Source of the DNA: Phaeosaccion multiseriatum
Lineage: Eukaryota; Protista; Ochrophyta, other classes
DNA length: 64,000 nucleotides
NCBI GenBank assembly: GCA_965112735.1
Contig: OZ218950.1
Span: forward strand, 5,394,001-5,458,000
Direction: 5' to 3'
Part shown: piece by piece, positions 1 through 14,600 of the stretch
How positions within the stretch are numbered: position 1 is the first letter of the stretch
How the letters are laid out: every line of letters starts with the position of its first letter
Notes under the pieces: model-generated
Seen by the model: only the letters and a program-made list of their open reading frames with translations
Told to the model about the DNA's origin: nothing
Databases searched by the model: none
Made by a program: the position numbers and the translations under genes

Positions 1-1200
<1,200 letters not shown>

Positions 1201-2100
1201 CTGGTCATGTTAGAATAAGGGGGCACGTGTGTGTTCTCAAGAGGGAGAGGTAGTACCTCGCCTTACCCACCACAACGCTATCGAAGTCTATGTATCCCCA
1301 CCAGTCCCCCTGGGTCAGGTTCTATTCTCCTGTCAAGCTGCCTCTCGCTGCTCAGTGCTAGCTGATTTCTCTGCTGATCTGTAGCGCATGTCTTTCCCCT
1401 CAGATCAGTCCGCACTAGGAGGCGCACACTACCTTTCTCATAGTCCTCCTCGTTATGCTTCTCCTTACGTCTCCTCCTTTCTGTATTCTTCGATCAGCCC
1501 CCAACCCTGCTTGGCCACCTCGTGCTGGCGGCGGGGCGTAGACTTTCTTGTCCTTCACCCACATATGCTCCAGGAGATGCCTGAGCTCCTTCCTTGAGCT
1601 TCTTCCTCGACAAGCGAATTGTCATCACCTCCCACTCCTTCCAAGAGAAGTTGATAGGTTTGTTGTCCATGGCGACGTCTTCTCTTAGGCCACACAGCAC
1701 CAGAGCAGCTGCAAGTGTGCCTCAATCACATGCACGCCTCACTGTGCATGGCGCATGCCAACAGAGCGTCGTGTTTGTGCCCCCTATAGGCCTGATACTC
1801 CCCCGCGCTGCCGCTCCGCCACCTCTACTTCCCACACCATCGCCACCTCTGGCCCCGGAACAATCGCCTCCCTCAAAACTCGTTCTCGATCGATCGCCGT
1901 AACTCGTTCTGCTCGATCAAACGTCCATCCTGGTGGGGCGGGGTTTTGTGGGTGTCAGGACAGTGGGTGGGTGGGTGTCAGGACAGTGGGGGCTGGTGGG
2001 GCAGGGTGCGCGGCAAGGGCCAATAGGAAGAGAACCGTCACATGCCATGAGACCCTCATCACTCTGTAGAGCTGTGCCCCACCACAATACACAAACATAC

Positions 2101-2242
2101 CTCCTCCTCCTTTGGTCTAGTTCTTGATGTTTCCCTACTCGTCGAAGAGGATGTTGCCGCACTTGAGGTCGTAGTGGATCACCGTCTATGCCGCGTGTTG
2201 CTAGAGCCCTCGCCCTTGTGGGGAGCGTTGAGGTAGCGCAGG
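2101..2242 (-). pseudogene. Tousled-like kinase (TLK) pseudo-exon
   Basis: AG/GT-bounded segment translating LRYLNAPHKGEGSSNTR / frameshift / VIHYDLKCGNILFDE*GNIKN*. IHYDLK-GNIL is the TLK catalytic-loop signature. It has two in-frame stops, a frameshift and no DFG. Confidence 0.7.
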
Positions 2243-2273
2243 CTGCACATCATATACCGCCATAAAGAACAAA

Positions 2274-2665
2274 AGGGTTAGAGTCAAGGGCGTGGAGGTC
2301 AGGGGTAAGGGGTAGGGCCAGGGTGAGGGTGCGGGGGTCGACGTCAGGGGGTGGGTGCAGGTAACGGTGATGGTGACAGTGAGGGTGGGGGTGAGGGTGC
2401 TCATATGAGGTTGAGCGTAAGGGTGATGGTGATGGTAAGGGTGGGGGTTAGGGTGAGGGTGTCGTAAGGGTGAGAGTGAGGGTGAGGGTAAGGGTACGGG
2501 TGGTGGTGATATTGAGGGTGAGAGCGAGGGGAAGGGTGAGGGGGAGAGTGAGGGTGAGGGTGAGAGGAAGGGAGAGGGAGTAGCAGGGTGAGCGTGAGAG
2601 TGAGGGTGAGAGTGAGAGTAAGGGTGAGGGTGAGGGTGACGATGAGATAGAGAGTGAGGGTGAGG
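2274..2665 (+). repeat. Degenerate (GGGTGA)n hexamer repeat, probably intronic in the TLK remnant
   Basis: Run of GGGTGA/GAGTGA/GGGTAA variants lying between a minus-strand donor (2765) and the TLK pseudo-exon acceptor (2243). Confidence 0.8.
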
Positions 2666-2989
2666 GGCAGAGCCAGGGGCAAAGGCCAAGCAACCATCCT
2701 CTGTCCCTCCACTCCCATCCCCGTCCTCCCCCCTCCCCCCTCCACCCCCCCACCCCACTCCTCACCTTGCAGTCCTCTATCTCCCTCTCCTCCTGCGCCA
2801 ATGCCGGAGAAGCGCAGCGCTACAGCACTCGACTTGTCCCGCCTCCGTCCATGTCCACCCCCACAGACCCAGCCAAGCCAAGCCAGCCCTACAAGATCGT
2901 CAACAGCCGCCCAACGTAGAGCACAATCGCCCTTCATGCACCACAGTGCCGGTACCAAACAATACCATCCCAATGTCTGTACAAGGTCG

Positions 2990-3988
2990 TCAGTCTTGGC
3001 ACTCGCAAGGGCGTCCATTGGCGTGCACCCACCGCTTCATCTCCTCAAAGCTCTCGACAGAGGGCATATCCCATCCATCAACATAATTGTCTTTCGCGAA
3101 CTGTGGGCACGTCCACTTGTTCCAGGGACACATTACCTCCTCTGATCGGAGCCATTTCAGGACAAGCAGGCTCTTGGCGTGATAAACTGCGCCAGTAGAA
3201 CAGACATTTCCATTCCACCTCCACAGCTCGCGTGCGTTGGCATGAAGCCACTGCAGCACTTCCAGATTTCCCTGTCTTGCCGCCCAAAGCGGACCGTATC
3301 TCCACCCGCTGTTTTCCCCTGCCGCCTCCATCTGAGCTCTGACCTTGGGGTGCTGTACAAGCATTTCCAACACGCTAATGCGCCCCGCTTCTACAGCTCC
3401 CTCCCACATACTGAAATGAGGAGGGCTCCCGAACTCGTCGGAAAGCAGCCACTCCAGAGCCTCCACATTGCCGCGCTTGGCAGCTTCAACATTCATTCCA
3501 GCTTCCGACCAAGGACAGCGCTCCTTTTTGGTTCGTAAGTCCTCCGATCGCAACCACTTAAGTATACGCATTCCATACCTGGCATTCCTCACAGCTGCTC
3601 CGCAGCACTCTTCGTCCCAGGGACACTCCATACGATGAAGCTCCTCGCACACACCCACATCTCCGAACTCTGTCGCCGCCTTGAAAGTGCCGACACTCAG
3701 CTCGTACCCACATTCCTTCTTGGCCCATCGCAAACGCTTGACAGACTCCACCACGCTTGCGATACGAGTCTCGAGCGAAGGACACGCTACAGTGTACTGC
3801 TCCTGCCACTCCGTACACACGGTGGCGATGAAGACGTGGTGGCCCTTCCCCGTACAGAGCATGACCCTCCGCAGGACCTCCTCCATCCCCAAGGCCTTTG
3901 CGCTGGCCACGTAGGTCTCCTGAACAGTCTCGGCGGCATCACTTCCCACGCCTTCCTTGCTGCTCAGTCGCTGTCTCTTTGACGCCAT
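2990..3988 (-). CDS. Intronless ankyrin-repeat protein of the CPW type with an F-box-like N-terminus
   Basis: 332-aa ORF with repeated motifs CPWDEECCGAAV, CPWSEAGMNVEAAKRGNVEALEWL, AARQGNLEVLQWLHAN and CPWNKWTC; N-terminal VLRRVMLCTGKGHHVFIATVCTEWQEQY. Confidence 0.85.
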   Translation of the reverse strand: MASKRQRLSSKEGVGSDAAETVQETYVASAKALGMEEVLRRVMLCTGKGHHVFIATVCTEWQEQYTVACPSLETRIASVVESVKRLRWAKKECGYELSVGTFKAATEFGDVGVCEELHRMECPWDEECCGAAVRNARYGMRILKWLRSEDLRTKKERCPWSEAGMNVEAAKRGNVEALEWLLSDEFGSPPHFSMWEGAVEAGRISVLEMLVQHPKVRAQMEAAGENSGWRYGPLWAARQGNLEVLQWLHANARELWRWNGNVCSTGAVYHAKSLLVLKWLRSEEVMCPWNKWTCPQFAKDNYVDGWDMPSVESFEEMKRWVHANGRPCECQD

Positions 3989-4335
3989 GTTTCCCCGAAG
4001 GCTCGTGCTAAATTAAAATTCCCCTCCCCCAACGCTTTGAGCTGTCCTGGCGATGGGCACGTCGGCTGTGGCTCTTTACGTCAAAATAGCCTATCAGTGG
4101 TTGATTGGCACTTTTGACGCCCCGTGAATTTTTTTTGACGCAGCCCCCTTTTTTTTTTTTGAGAAGTACTTTGACGCCCTTTGACGCCCTTTTATCGTAA
4201 TTCGCCTTAGTTTACGTGATTTCAATGTACAGTAACGTCCAAAATAGGGGGGAAAAGAGCCAATCAACCGCGAAATTAAAATGAAATGTACACTGTAATT
4301 CTTACATAGATATTCTTACATACTTACAGCCGTGC

Positions 4336-5619
4336 TTAGATCCAAGCCTGCCACCCCACGTACATTTGTGAGAGGTTCTCCGGACTGATTGCCTCCTGAA
4401 TCAGTCGATGTACCTGGCCTTGAACGGAGAGAGGTAAATCATTTCCACCATCCTTCTCCCAGGCGGCGGCTGCTCCGGTAACTCTACCAACTCCATCTCC
4501 TCCTCCTCTTGAGTGCTGCCTAGCCCTCTGCCTTGCCTCCACTGCTGAGCGCAGTGAGCATGACTTTCCTCGCAGTCGATCGTTGATGACCCGCAGACGC
4601 TCCTTGGCCTCCTCGTTCTCGGAGTCTTTGGGCTGTCCCCCTCTTCCGCCGCCGCCGCCTCCGTACACCGGGGCCGTGTCCAAGTCTCCTCGCTGCGCCC
4701 TCCCCGCTCGAGTCCACCCCACGGTTGGGTCGTGCAGGAAGGGCTCCAGCACGCTCAAGAGAGTCTCCCTGTTGTCCCGCAGAACTTTGACGCTCACCTC
4801 CATCACGCGCCGGAATACCCCCTCATACCCGCAAAGCCCCATACCATCCACCATGTTGGGTGTGAGACGGAAGGGCACAATCTCCGGACGCGCGAGTGTC
4901 AGCCTGTTGTGGGAAGCGAAAGGGAAAGAACGTTAGGACCAGAAGACAGGACACACAAATGGAAAGCCGACGACGCACTCACCCTTTGTCAAAGAGGCAG
5001 TCAAAGTCCACATGCACGCACTCTCCTGAGCTTGTGTCCACAAGGATGTTCTCTCCGTGCCGGTCCCCAAGGCCCACCACATGCCCGACCGCACTCCACA
5101 CGGCTGCGGAACGGCCGAACAGGGTGCGCGAGTCGTACCAAGAAGTCGGCTCGGAGAAGTTCTCCAAGAACCACCGATGGAGAACGGGAGGCCAGGCAGG
5201 CAGAATCTTGTCCTTGTACAGCTTTGTCCCTATGGGCACAGGCTGCTTCTGCAGGGTGCTCACGAGTTCCCGGATCTGATTGGATTGAGCGCGGATCCGC
5301 GGCATGCTTGGAAAGCTCTTGTACCCTTCCCCGACCAAAGCGCGCAAGCCAGTGGTGTGGGGTACCCACTCCAGCAAACCGCACTCCTCGTTGAGGCAAA
5401 TGACAGAGTACGTGCGCAGACGCAGCTTGCGGTGACGCCCCTCTTGGTCTCGAGCTAGCAGTCGGTTAATCATGGTGTTGAACTCCATCAGCCTAGCATC
5501 CTTTCGGAGATCCCCGGAGCGCTCTTGCTTGACCAGAAAGTTGAGGTGCTCCCCCTTTTTGAAAGATACAAAACGACAGCAACAATCACATTTTGGGGGT
5601 CAGCAAACAACCCAACACC

Positions 5620-5650
<31 letters not shown>

Positions 5651-8600
5651 CACAACAACAACAACGCAACAACAGCAACAGCAACAGCAACAGCAACACA
5701 AAAAAGACCCCTAGATAGTACTTACCGTCTCTACCGTCTGGAGAGAAATCTTCTTGGGCTTGGCCTTGGAGTTCATGAACACAATCTTGTCGTTGAAGCG
5801 CTTCACGTGGAGTTGCTGGTTTGGGAAGGGGTTGTGTGCGACCGTGGCAGCATAGGCGCTGCTCTGCCTACCTGGTTCCTCCCCAGCTGCTGCTGCTGGG
5901 GTTTCCGGGAGAGAGACTGTCAGTGCAGCTCGCAGAGGCACGAGGAATCGAGAGAGCTGCAGTTTGCGCCCAATGGAGGCAGTACCCTCCTTGATCCTGT
6001 CTGTTGCAGGTAGAGTCTCGGCGAGGGCAATGAGGTCGGTGAAAAGAATACTGCCATCAGACACCACTGCTGCATCCTCTGCCCCTGCTGCTACGGCTGC
6101 TGCTTCCGCCGCTGTCGTTGACGTTTTGCCGTTCTTTCTCTTCTTCCTCTTCAAGAGGTTGTGCTTCGCCGTCTCCACCACCTTGCTCCCCACCTTCCGG
6201 CGGCTGTCGCTCATCGACAGTGCTAGGCCCCCAATGTGCCACAGCGACTGCCGCGGGTGCTCCTCCAATATGGTGCTTAAAATGCCCGTCACGAGGTTCA
6301 CCACATCTGGATGAGGATGGCCCACTCGAGAGATGAGCTGAGGCAGAGACATGTACCACATGTAGGCCGGGGTCTTGAGGAGAGCTCGACGGATAAGACG
6401 AATACTGTCGTTTTGCAGAGCTGCGAGCGGTGATGGGGGTGACGCTGCCGCGGGTGCCGCTCCTTCCTTCTCCCCCGCAGCTGCTGCCGCCGCCACCGCA
6501 CGAGCGTTCGAGCTCTTGAGCCTGCCGCCGCTACTGTTGCTGCTGCTGCTGCTGCTATTGCTCTGAGTTCTCTCCCGTAAGGCACCGATTTCGAACCACA
6601 GGGTGAGCAGCCTAGGCATGCTTTGAAACACATGCTTCGTCCCATACCGGAGACTGTGCGCATAATTCTCCAAGGTCTGCAAAGCCCACTTGCGAGACAG
6701 CTCGTCCCCCTCCCACCCACGCTCATCGTCGACGGCAATTTCGCTGTGGCGCTGACCCTTCTTCCTCTTGGGCTTGTGGCTGGAGCTGCTGCTACTGCCA
6801 TCGTTGTTGCTGCTACTACTGCTGCTACCGCCCGCAAGGTTGTCGACGCCATACTTCTGCACTTGCTCCACTCGTGCCCGAAACAGCAGGTCTAGGTACT
6901 GCGCCATGCTCACATACCCCTGTTCCCACTTGGGCCGTAGCTCCAGGGCCAGCTTGTAGCGTTCAATGACTGCATGTCCGTGCTTCTGCCCCGCCTCCAC
7001 CATCCAGTCCGTCGCCAACAGCATGCGCCGTGCAATCTGCTTGGTCTCCTTCTCCCCCAGAGCAGATTCCAGGGCGATTTCTCTGAGCTTGGACAAGTCG
7101 GCCTCCACGGGCTCGATGAGCTGCAGTGCCCGGTGGACGTGGCCCTGGTGGTAAGATACAGCAATAGAAGAGCGGATAACCAGCGTTACTACAACACTTC
7201 TTAGTCCCAAACGTAAACAATGCACGAGCCTATTGGTTACCTGCGCGTGAACTAGCTTGGCCTCTTGCAAAGCCAACTCCACGTGAGCGGGACTCAGCAG
7301 CCCTGCTTTGCGCAGTGCACCAGCGGCCACGTCGAATCGCCCTGCCTCCCTTGCCACTCGAGCGACAGACATCCAGTTCTGAACAGAGGCGTTCGTCAGG
7401 CCGCTTAGCTGAAACACGGAACGTCGCACGGCAAGAACCGGAGCCAGCCGCCGCAACGAAGAGCCAATGGATCCCGCCCTTTTGTCCCAGTCCCAGGCCT
7501 CCAGTAGGCGCAGGCAGTCATCAGCCTCGACAGAGCGGCCGCCCTTTTCCCGTTGAGATACCAGCTCAAAGCCTTGCTCTAGCTCTCGGAGGCTGTGGAG
7601 CTGCAGGAGAAAAGGGAAGGCTCGCTGATAGGATTCTGTGGCTGCAGGCCCAAGCCCCGCCATGACCTCCGATCGCGCGGATTGTAGAGCTGCATTGAAG
7701 GCATCCGCGCTTCCCTCGTGAAGCAGCAGCATGGCCTTGCCTAGACCCACTTGGAAGCGGCACTCCCCAAACAGAGCAAGGTCGTCCTTGGTCCCGTGAT
7801 AGGCCGACAGAACATTCGGAAATGACGACGATGACAGGGCCGACATTTCCAAATCGCACTGCTGCAATAGCTCCTTGAGTAGCGGCCATCGCTGAAGACG
7901 CCAGGCTGCTTGAACGGCAAAGGGTAGCAACGTGGGCGCTAAAGGTCGCTTGCAGGGAACGGTCAAGAGCCCTGACACTTGATTCATGGCAGACTCGAGG
8001 TGATCGAGCTCCAGAAGCGCCTTCACTAGGCCTCTCTCGAGATCACCATCCTCAAAAGCGCTGGGTGGGTCCGCGTCCTTCTCTCCCCCCTGCGCTCGCT
8101 GCCCGGCTGCCATGCCTTCCCCTGGTTGGGGAACACCACTGCTTTCCGCAGCAGCAGCGGAGGCTACCTGCGAGTAGGGCAGTGGCATGTACTTGAGAAC
8201 AGTGGGGGTCTGCTCAACCGCCGCCGTTTGGCGCTCCCTCTGCCTCTCCCTCTCTTGTAGAGCCTGCTCGTAAACGTGCAAAGCTTCCACCCATTCCTCA
8301 GCGTGCTCATGCTGCCAAATCCTCTGCACGAGACTCATGCCATACCCCATCCGCCGTCGCATAACCTCCAGCCCCACCATGCCATCTGGCTCGTCCTCCA
8401 GCTTGCGGTGGATAGCCTGTAGCTCGTTGAGGTGCTCGCATGTCAGCACCGGGAGGCAGCCATTGGCGCCATCATCGTAGCGGAGGGGTGGCCGGGTGCC
8501 CTCACAGCTGCTGATGCTGCTGCTGCTGCGAGACGGCTCATTCTTCCTGGTACTCCTTTGTTGGGACCCCGTCTCGATCCGTAGCTTCAGCTCCGCGTAG

Positions 8601-11600
8601 CGTAAGTCTCGGATATGGTCCTCGAGATACTGCAGCGCACGGGTGTACGCGCAGACTTTCATCGCAGCTCTCACCATCACCACCTTCGGAATGTTGCCCA
8701 AAAACTCGGCCAAGCTCTTATTACGGGATCTCTCCTTGGGCCACACAACATTTCCCTTCCCCAATCCCATCCCTCCCCCGTCCTGCTGCTGATGCTGGTG
8801 CTGATGCTGCCGACTCCATATGCACATGGTATCGAAAAGCGAAAAGACAGCCTGGGTTGCACTTTCACCTACATCTATCTGCTGCTGCTGCTGTCTCTCC
8901 GGCACTGGCGGGTTCAGGCCTCTCCACTCCTTCCCCCCTCCCCCCTCCCCCCGCTTCCGCTTTCGACCGTACGCACCACCACCAATGCGTGGCGTCGCGT
9001 TTGGCTGCTGCTGCTGCTGGCCGCCACCAAAGGCCGCCTTTGGCCGCATAACTGCCAAGAGCTCATCATGCATGGTGCTGCGGTCGACGCCGTCACCAAA
9101 GAGTATCACATCCACTGCCAGGTGCGGCAAAAGGAATCGGGCCGTGTTGCAGTGGCTCTTGACAGCCCCTCGACACGCGGCGAAAATGGCCTGTGCGGGT
9201 CCCCTACTCTTCTTTATCAGGTAGCGCGTCCACACGCTCAGCCACCGCTCGAAGCGCCCACCCACCTGTTTGCCACCAAAATATACGCGGTCAGCAGCAG
9301 CAGCGGTGACACAATTACGTAGAGCAACACCTCACTTTACCTCGTGACTAGAGAAGAAGGGAGGAGACCCAACGTCGTCATTGTCTCTGAGCATATACTT
9401 GGTGGTCCAGAAGGGCTCGACGGTTTCCAGTATCCCCCTCCGATTCAGCTCGTTGACAATCCAGGCAGGCATTCGAGTCCGGAGCGGAGGAGCAGCGAAT
9501 GGTGCACTTGTGCTGCTCTCTGGGCCATCACTCGGCTCCATGGCCGTTGTCTGACTCAAAACGAGCAGCACTTCTTGAATGCCAAAGGCGATGCGGTCTT
9601 GCTCGTTCGAGGTGCTGGCCCCCCTAAAGGCAGGCACAAGCTGCTCGTCTATGAGAGAGAAGGCAAGGGCTTCGATACTCATCGCCCAGGGCGCGCGACC
9701 AGCCCTGCTACTGCTGCTGCTGCCAGCTCTTTGTCGCCCACCACGCTTCCTACTCTCCATCTCGAAAGTCGCGACACTCCCAGAACCGCTGCCCTTCAGG
9801 TCCAGCCTGATCTGGAGCCTTGAAGGGTCGATGGCGCCAAGCTCTCCAAGGCACTTTGCACAAATGTCACGAATCTGACGGGTTTGGTTGTTCGGTTGGG
9901 TGTGGTCGGGTTGGTACATTTCGGGGGAACTTGGTAAGCTTCTTCACTCCATCCTCACCTTCATACTCCTATCGGATGAGCTGACGCGCAAGAGACCGGC
10001 AAGCAAGTTCTCCAAGACGTTGCTCCCCACTCCCTTGTCCGCAGCTTCCGTTACAATCTGACGAAGCTCTCCTCTCTTCTCCTCGAGCACCTTGAACAAG
10101 TGCTTGAGGGCAGCAAGCTTCACTTGGGGACTATCATTCCCCAGGAGCTCTGCGAGCTGTCCCAGCTGCACCTCCAGCCTCGGCTGTCCAAGCTCCTCTG
10201 CCAATGCTTCGCATACATCGTTCAATCCTTCGCCGGTTGGCAAAAAGGGTATGGTGTGAAAGCGCTCCTTCAAACTACTACGCTTGTCCACAATGAGGTG
10301 GTGCAGGAGAGAGGCAGCCAGAGTTCTTGTCGAAGTGCCCTCCACGCTGCCCTCCTCGTCTCCCATGAGCGCGGGAGTCACATTGACGACGATTGTGCTG
10401 AGATTCTCAGCGAGGGCTATCTCGCTCAGACCCTCAATGAACTTGAACATCACCTTACAAGTACAAGTACGTGTGGTAGATATGGAGAGTGTGCTGTTAT
10501 GTTAGTCCACATCAAGGGAGAAAGCCCAACAAGAACAGGACCCAACACTTCCTTTCTTTTCTTACCTCGTATGTTGTTCGGCGCAGAGCTGCTGTGGCAT
10601 TCGGATCCCCCAAGGCCGAGTTGAGCGTGGCCATTACCTTCGGCAAGAAATTGCCCCTGTCCTCGCAGCTGAGGAGAGTAACGAGTTCGCCGAGGACCTT
10701 GATCGCGCGCACCTTGTCCTCTGACTCCCTCCTCACCCAATCCTTGAAGACCAGGTTTGACATAAGATAAAAGAATTTGGAGGTGATGAGCGAGCGCACC
10801 AACTCCATCTGCACATCCTCGCCCTCCTCCTCCTCCCCGATGGCCAATAGGGCAGCTCCGTTCCGGTGGACACCTCCTGCGGAGGGCTCAACATACGTTG
10901 CCACCAAGCGGATGGCATTCAGCGCCTCATGGTACCGGGGCCCAGCCAGTTCCCACGACAATTGGCACAGGAGAGGCTCTAACTTGGACTTGATGACCCG
11001 CTTGGGGCCCTCCCCTGGAATGTCCATGCACTGAACAAGAAACTCGAACTGCCGCTGGAGGGTAGAATCGACCTTCGAGCTCATAAGGAGGCGCTTGAGG
11101 ATGTACGTGCCCTTGTCCATGAGAAGCGTATAGAGAAGGCCGGTATGCGGCGCGGCAGACAACACTTCTCCGCCGCCGCCGCCGCCACCGCTGCCTCCTC
11201 GGAGCTCGTACATCTGCACGTGCGGCAGTGTGCAACAGTCAGAGTACGGTCTTGGATCAAAATCAGGGTCAATAGGCACCTACCTGCTTGACCAAGAGAA
11301 TGAGCGTCTCCTTCCTCTGCTCCATAATGTACACAGGCAGCACATACCGCAAGCTCTCCTCCATGAAGCCGCGGACATTCTTCTCTCCCAACACCTTGTG
11401 TATGAGTGAGTTGGGTTGGGCGGCGTTACAAATAACGTGCTCAACAAGGGGGGGGGGGGCACACACATACCTGCTCTATGAAAGCCGCTACGTTGCCGCT
11501 CTCCAGAAGAGTCTCCAGCAGAGGTGGCAGGATGTCATCCATGGCTCCGGCCTCTCCGCTGTCCGTGGGTAGCAGCTCATTCTCCACTTGGCGGGGGGCG

Positions 11601-14600
11601 CTGTTCGCCCCCAAGAGCTTTTGGAGGGGCACCCGAGCATGTCTTTCAATGCGCACAATCTCATTGAATGCCACCATTGAAAGGGAGCCTCCATTGCCCC
11701 ATTCCTTGATGAGCTCAATGAGAGCCCACATATAAATGGATCTCCCCAAAACAGTCTTGGGGTCGACTTGGCAGGCGAGAGATGCCAACAGGTGCAAAAG
11801 GCTCTCCAGCATGAGGTGACCACGGATATTGTTGCTGCTGCTGCTGCTGGTGTTGTTGTTGGTGTTGTTGTCCATGCTTGTAGCTCGCTCTCGCTTCAGC
11901 AACTCCAAAAGAGAGATGTAGTGCCCAACAAACGTGTTGTGGGCAGTCTTTCCGTCTCCTCCAAATGCGGCCTTTAGCAGTTTGCCCCCCTGAGCCAGAA
12001 ACAGGCCCCCCTCGCGCCCGACCAAGTGCAAGACTGCATCTTCTCCCCCCGCCGCCGTGTAGTCATGGGGAAGAGCCAGGCCGTACAATAGCAATCTCCT
12101 GAGCGCCTCAAGTCCATCTTTGCCCCCCCCCTGAAGCTCGGCCAGGCTGGCATGCTTCAACACCCAAAGCATAAGTCGCACAAAGCCAGCCTGTACGTCG
12201 CGGCTGCTGCTGGAGCTACTCCTCAGTCCGGGGGGTAGCTTACACTGCTCCGATACGGCCGCGCTTCCCCGCCGCAAGTCCAGAAATGGCACAAGGACTC
12301 TGGCATAGATTGAGTGGGTTCCCTCCTCTGGCTGTGGTGGTGGAAGCGCTGCAATGAATCGAGGAATGACTCGCGGTCTTCGGAACCTCGCCCCCTTGGT
12401 TGCTGCTCTGACCATCATCATCACATTGGCAATGTGCAGCAGCGCAGAAGTCACGTTGACCCGCACTACGTCTGGCGTATCAGATTGGTCCAGCACTTGC
12501 TGCAAGCACGGTACCCACATGCTGTCCCACATCATGTCATCGCCATCGTCACGGCCGTCGTCATCGTCATCCCGTCCTCCTCCACCACCACCACCACCGC
12601 ACAGTGTCAGCGTCTCCAGAAATACAGGCAGTGCCGCAGCCGCATTTCTAGACACCCACGCATTGCGGTGTAGCAAAGCACTCTTGAAGCGCCCAAGACG
12701 GACGGAGAGGGCGCTCAGGGACTTGCTCGTGACATGCCCCTGAGAGCTTCTCATCTCCGCCTTGCTCGCACGAATCTCGGCTCTAGTCACAGGAATGTTG
12801 GCTGCCAGCAGGAAGAATCGCCGTACCAGCGGGAGGCTGGCGAGACGCTGGGTCCCCTCCCATCCTCCCACCGGTGCAATATCGTCCTCCCCTCCCGAGA
12901 GCTTTTCTTCCGCCTCCTTTGTTTTTTCTTGTTCCTCTTCTCCTCCCCTCCCCCCATTCCCAACCCCTCCTACTCCTCTTGTGAGTAGCATTAAAGACAC
13001 AGCGTAATCTGAAGCGCTGACAATGCCAAGCCTTGTCGTCGCCAAGAGACTTGAGTCGCCCCCAGCCCAACGCAGTAAGGCGAAACAAGCATCGACCACA
13101 GGCTGCCACAGGCTCCAGGCCAGCCGGGGACGTTCAGAGTAGAGACGAGCGACGTCTTGGTGTGTGAGGAGCTTGACCATGCTGGAAAAGCCATCAAGGA
13201 GCTCTGAGAATCGAACACCCCAGTTTTTGCTGTCTTGTTGTGAGACGTGCGGCGCCAGTGCTTGTAGTGCACACGTAAGACTCGAAGCCTCCTTCACAAC
13301 CTGGACAAGAGCTTCTCGCGCAGATCCCACTTCTTCCAGGCCAGAAAAGAATCTAGCAGCCAACAAGCCCCGCTCAAGCAAACATTCTGCCGCACCAAGG
13401 CAGACGCTGCTGCTACTGCTACTGCTGCTGCTGCTGCTGCTACCGCTGCTGTTACTGCTGCTGCTGCCTGTTTGGCTTGTCGGACACCATGGCCAAGCAG
13501 GGGAGGAGTCCACACGCGGAGTAGCCGCTCGAGCGCCCCTTGCGTCGTCGTTGGTTGTCTGCCTCCTCGTTTTCACGGACCTTTTCCTCACACCGGCGGA
13601 ACGATGGGCGAGTTGCTGCAAGACTGCATGCCAGCAAACCACCACTTTGCCCTGCAAAAAGGGGTACTCGCATGTGCTCAAGATCTCCGACATGTGGCGC
13701 GCAACACGGGCGTCCAGCTGGATGGCACGCGAATAGAGCTCCAGCAAGACAAAAGCCAGCCTCGCCTTGGCCTGAAATACTTGCTTCTTTCTCGGTGGAG
13801 GACAGGAGAGAAGCACGCTTTCGCAGCCTGCCGTCCTCGACCACCACTCAATTGCAGACAGCGCCGCAGCCAGCGTCGAGCACGTGCTGACAAAAATGCT
13901 TCTCGTGTTAGCCTTGCCACGCTCCCAAAAGACGGCCGAAATAGCACTGGTAAGCGTCTCCAATGTCTGCACCTGGCTCTGGTCCTCCTCCTCCTCAGCA
14001 CCACCAGCATCATCACCAGCATCATCACCAGCGGCTGTCAGCAGCCCTGCCGCCAGCTCCAGCAAGCGCACCCCAATACTGTGTCGACGGTGCTCGGGAG
14101 GGGCGCTAGCTCGCAGCAGAGCCAGGACTGTGGCCAGAGAGTGCTCCTCCGTCCTTTTCATGCGGTAGCACAAAGCCTCCCACAACTGCGGCGTCCACAC
14201 GCTCTCCGCCACATGCCCGGAAATCAAATGCACCACCTTGGCGATGATGTTCGAGACACCTGTCTGCAGAAACATCACGTGCTCAGTAGACGGAACTGCC
14301 AGCGTCGTGCTCGTCCGGCACTCCTCCCGGGCTGCGCCGGCCAAAGCAGTCAAGCGCTGAAAGCACAGGATGTGCTCATTTCTCGCCGTATCGTCTCCAC
14401 TCCCTCCCCTCTGGATCACACAATGCAGTGCATTCAGGGTGACCAGTGTGGTCACGCAGTCATCATATAATGATTCGAGTAGCAGCGAGCCGCACCCCTT
14501 TGCCTCAGTCACAACCGTCACAATGGTCTCACAGATCCGCTTCGATGCACTCTGAAGTGACCCATGAGCCAGCAGACAGACCATCTGGAGAGCCAAACCG

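Noticed and set aside
2274-2665. Interstitial telomere
   Set aside because: The consensus is GGGTGA, I saw only one exact TTAGGG, and the position fits an intron of the TLK remnant.
7145-7240. Odd insertions in the ATR, HPPD (38728-38817) and MRE11 (35138-35227) ORFs
   Set aside because: These are ordinary in-frame stop-free GT-AG introns, expected in a GC-rich genome with short introns.
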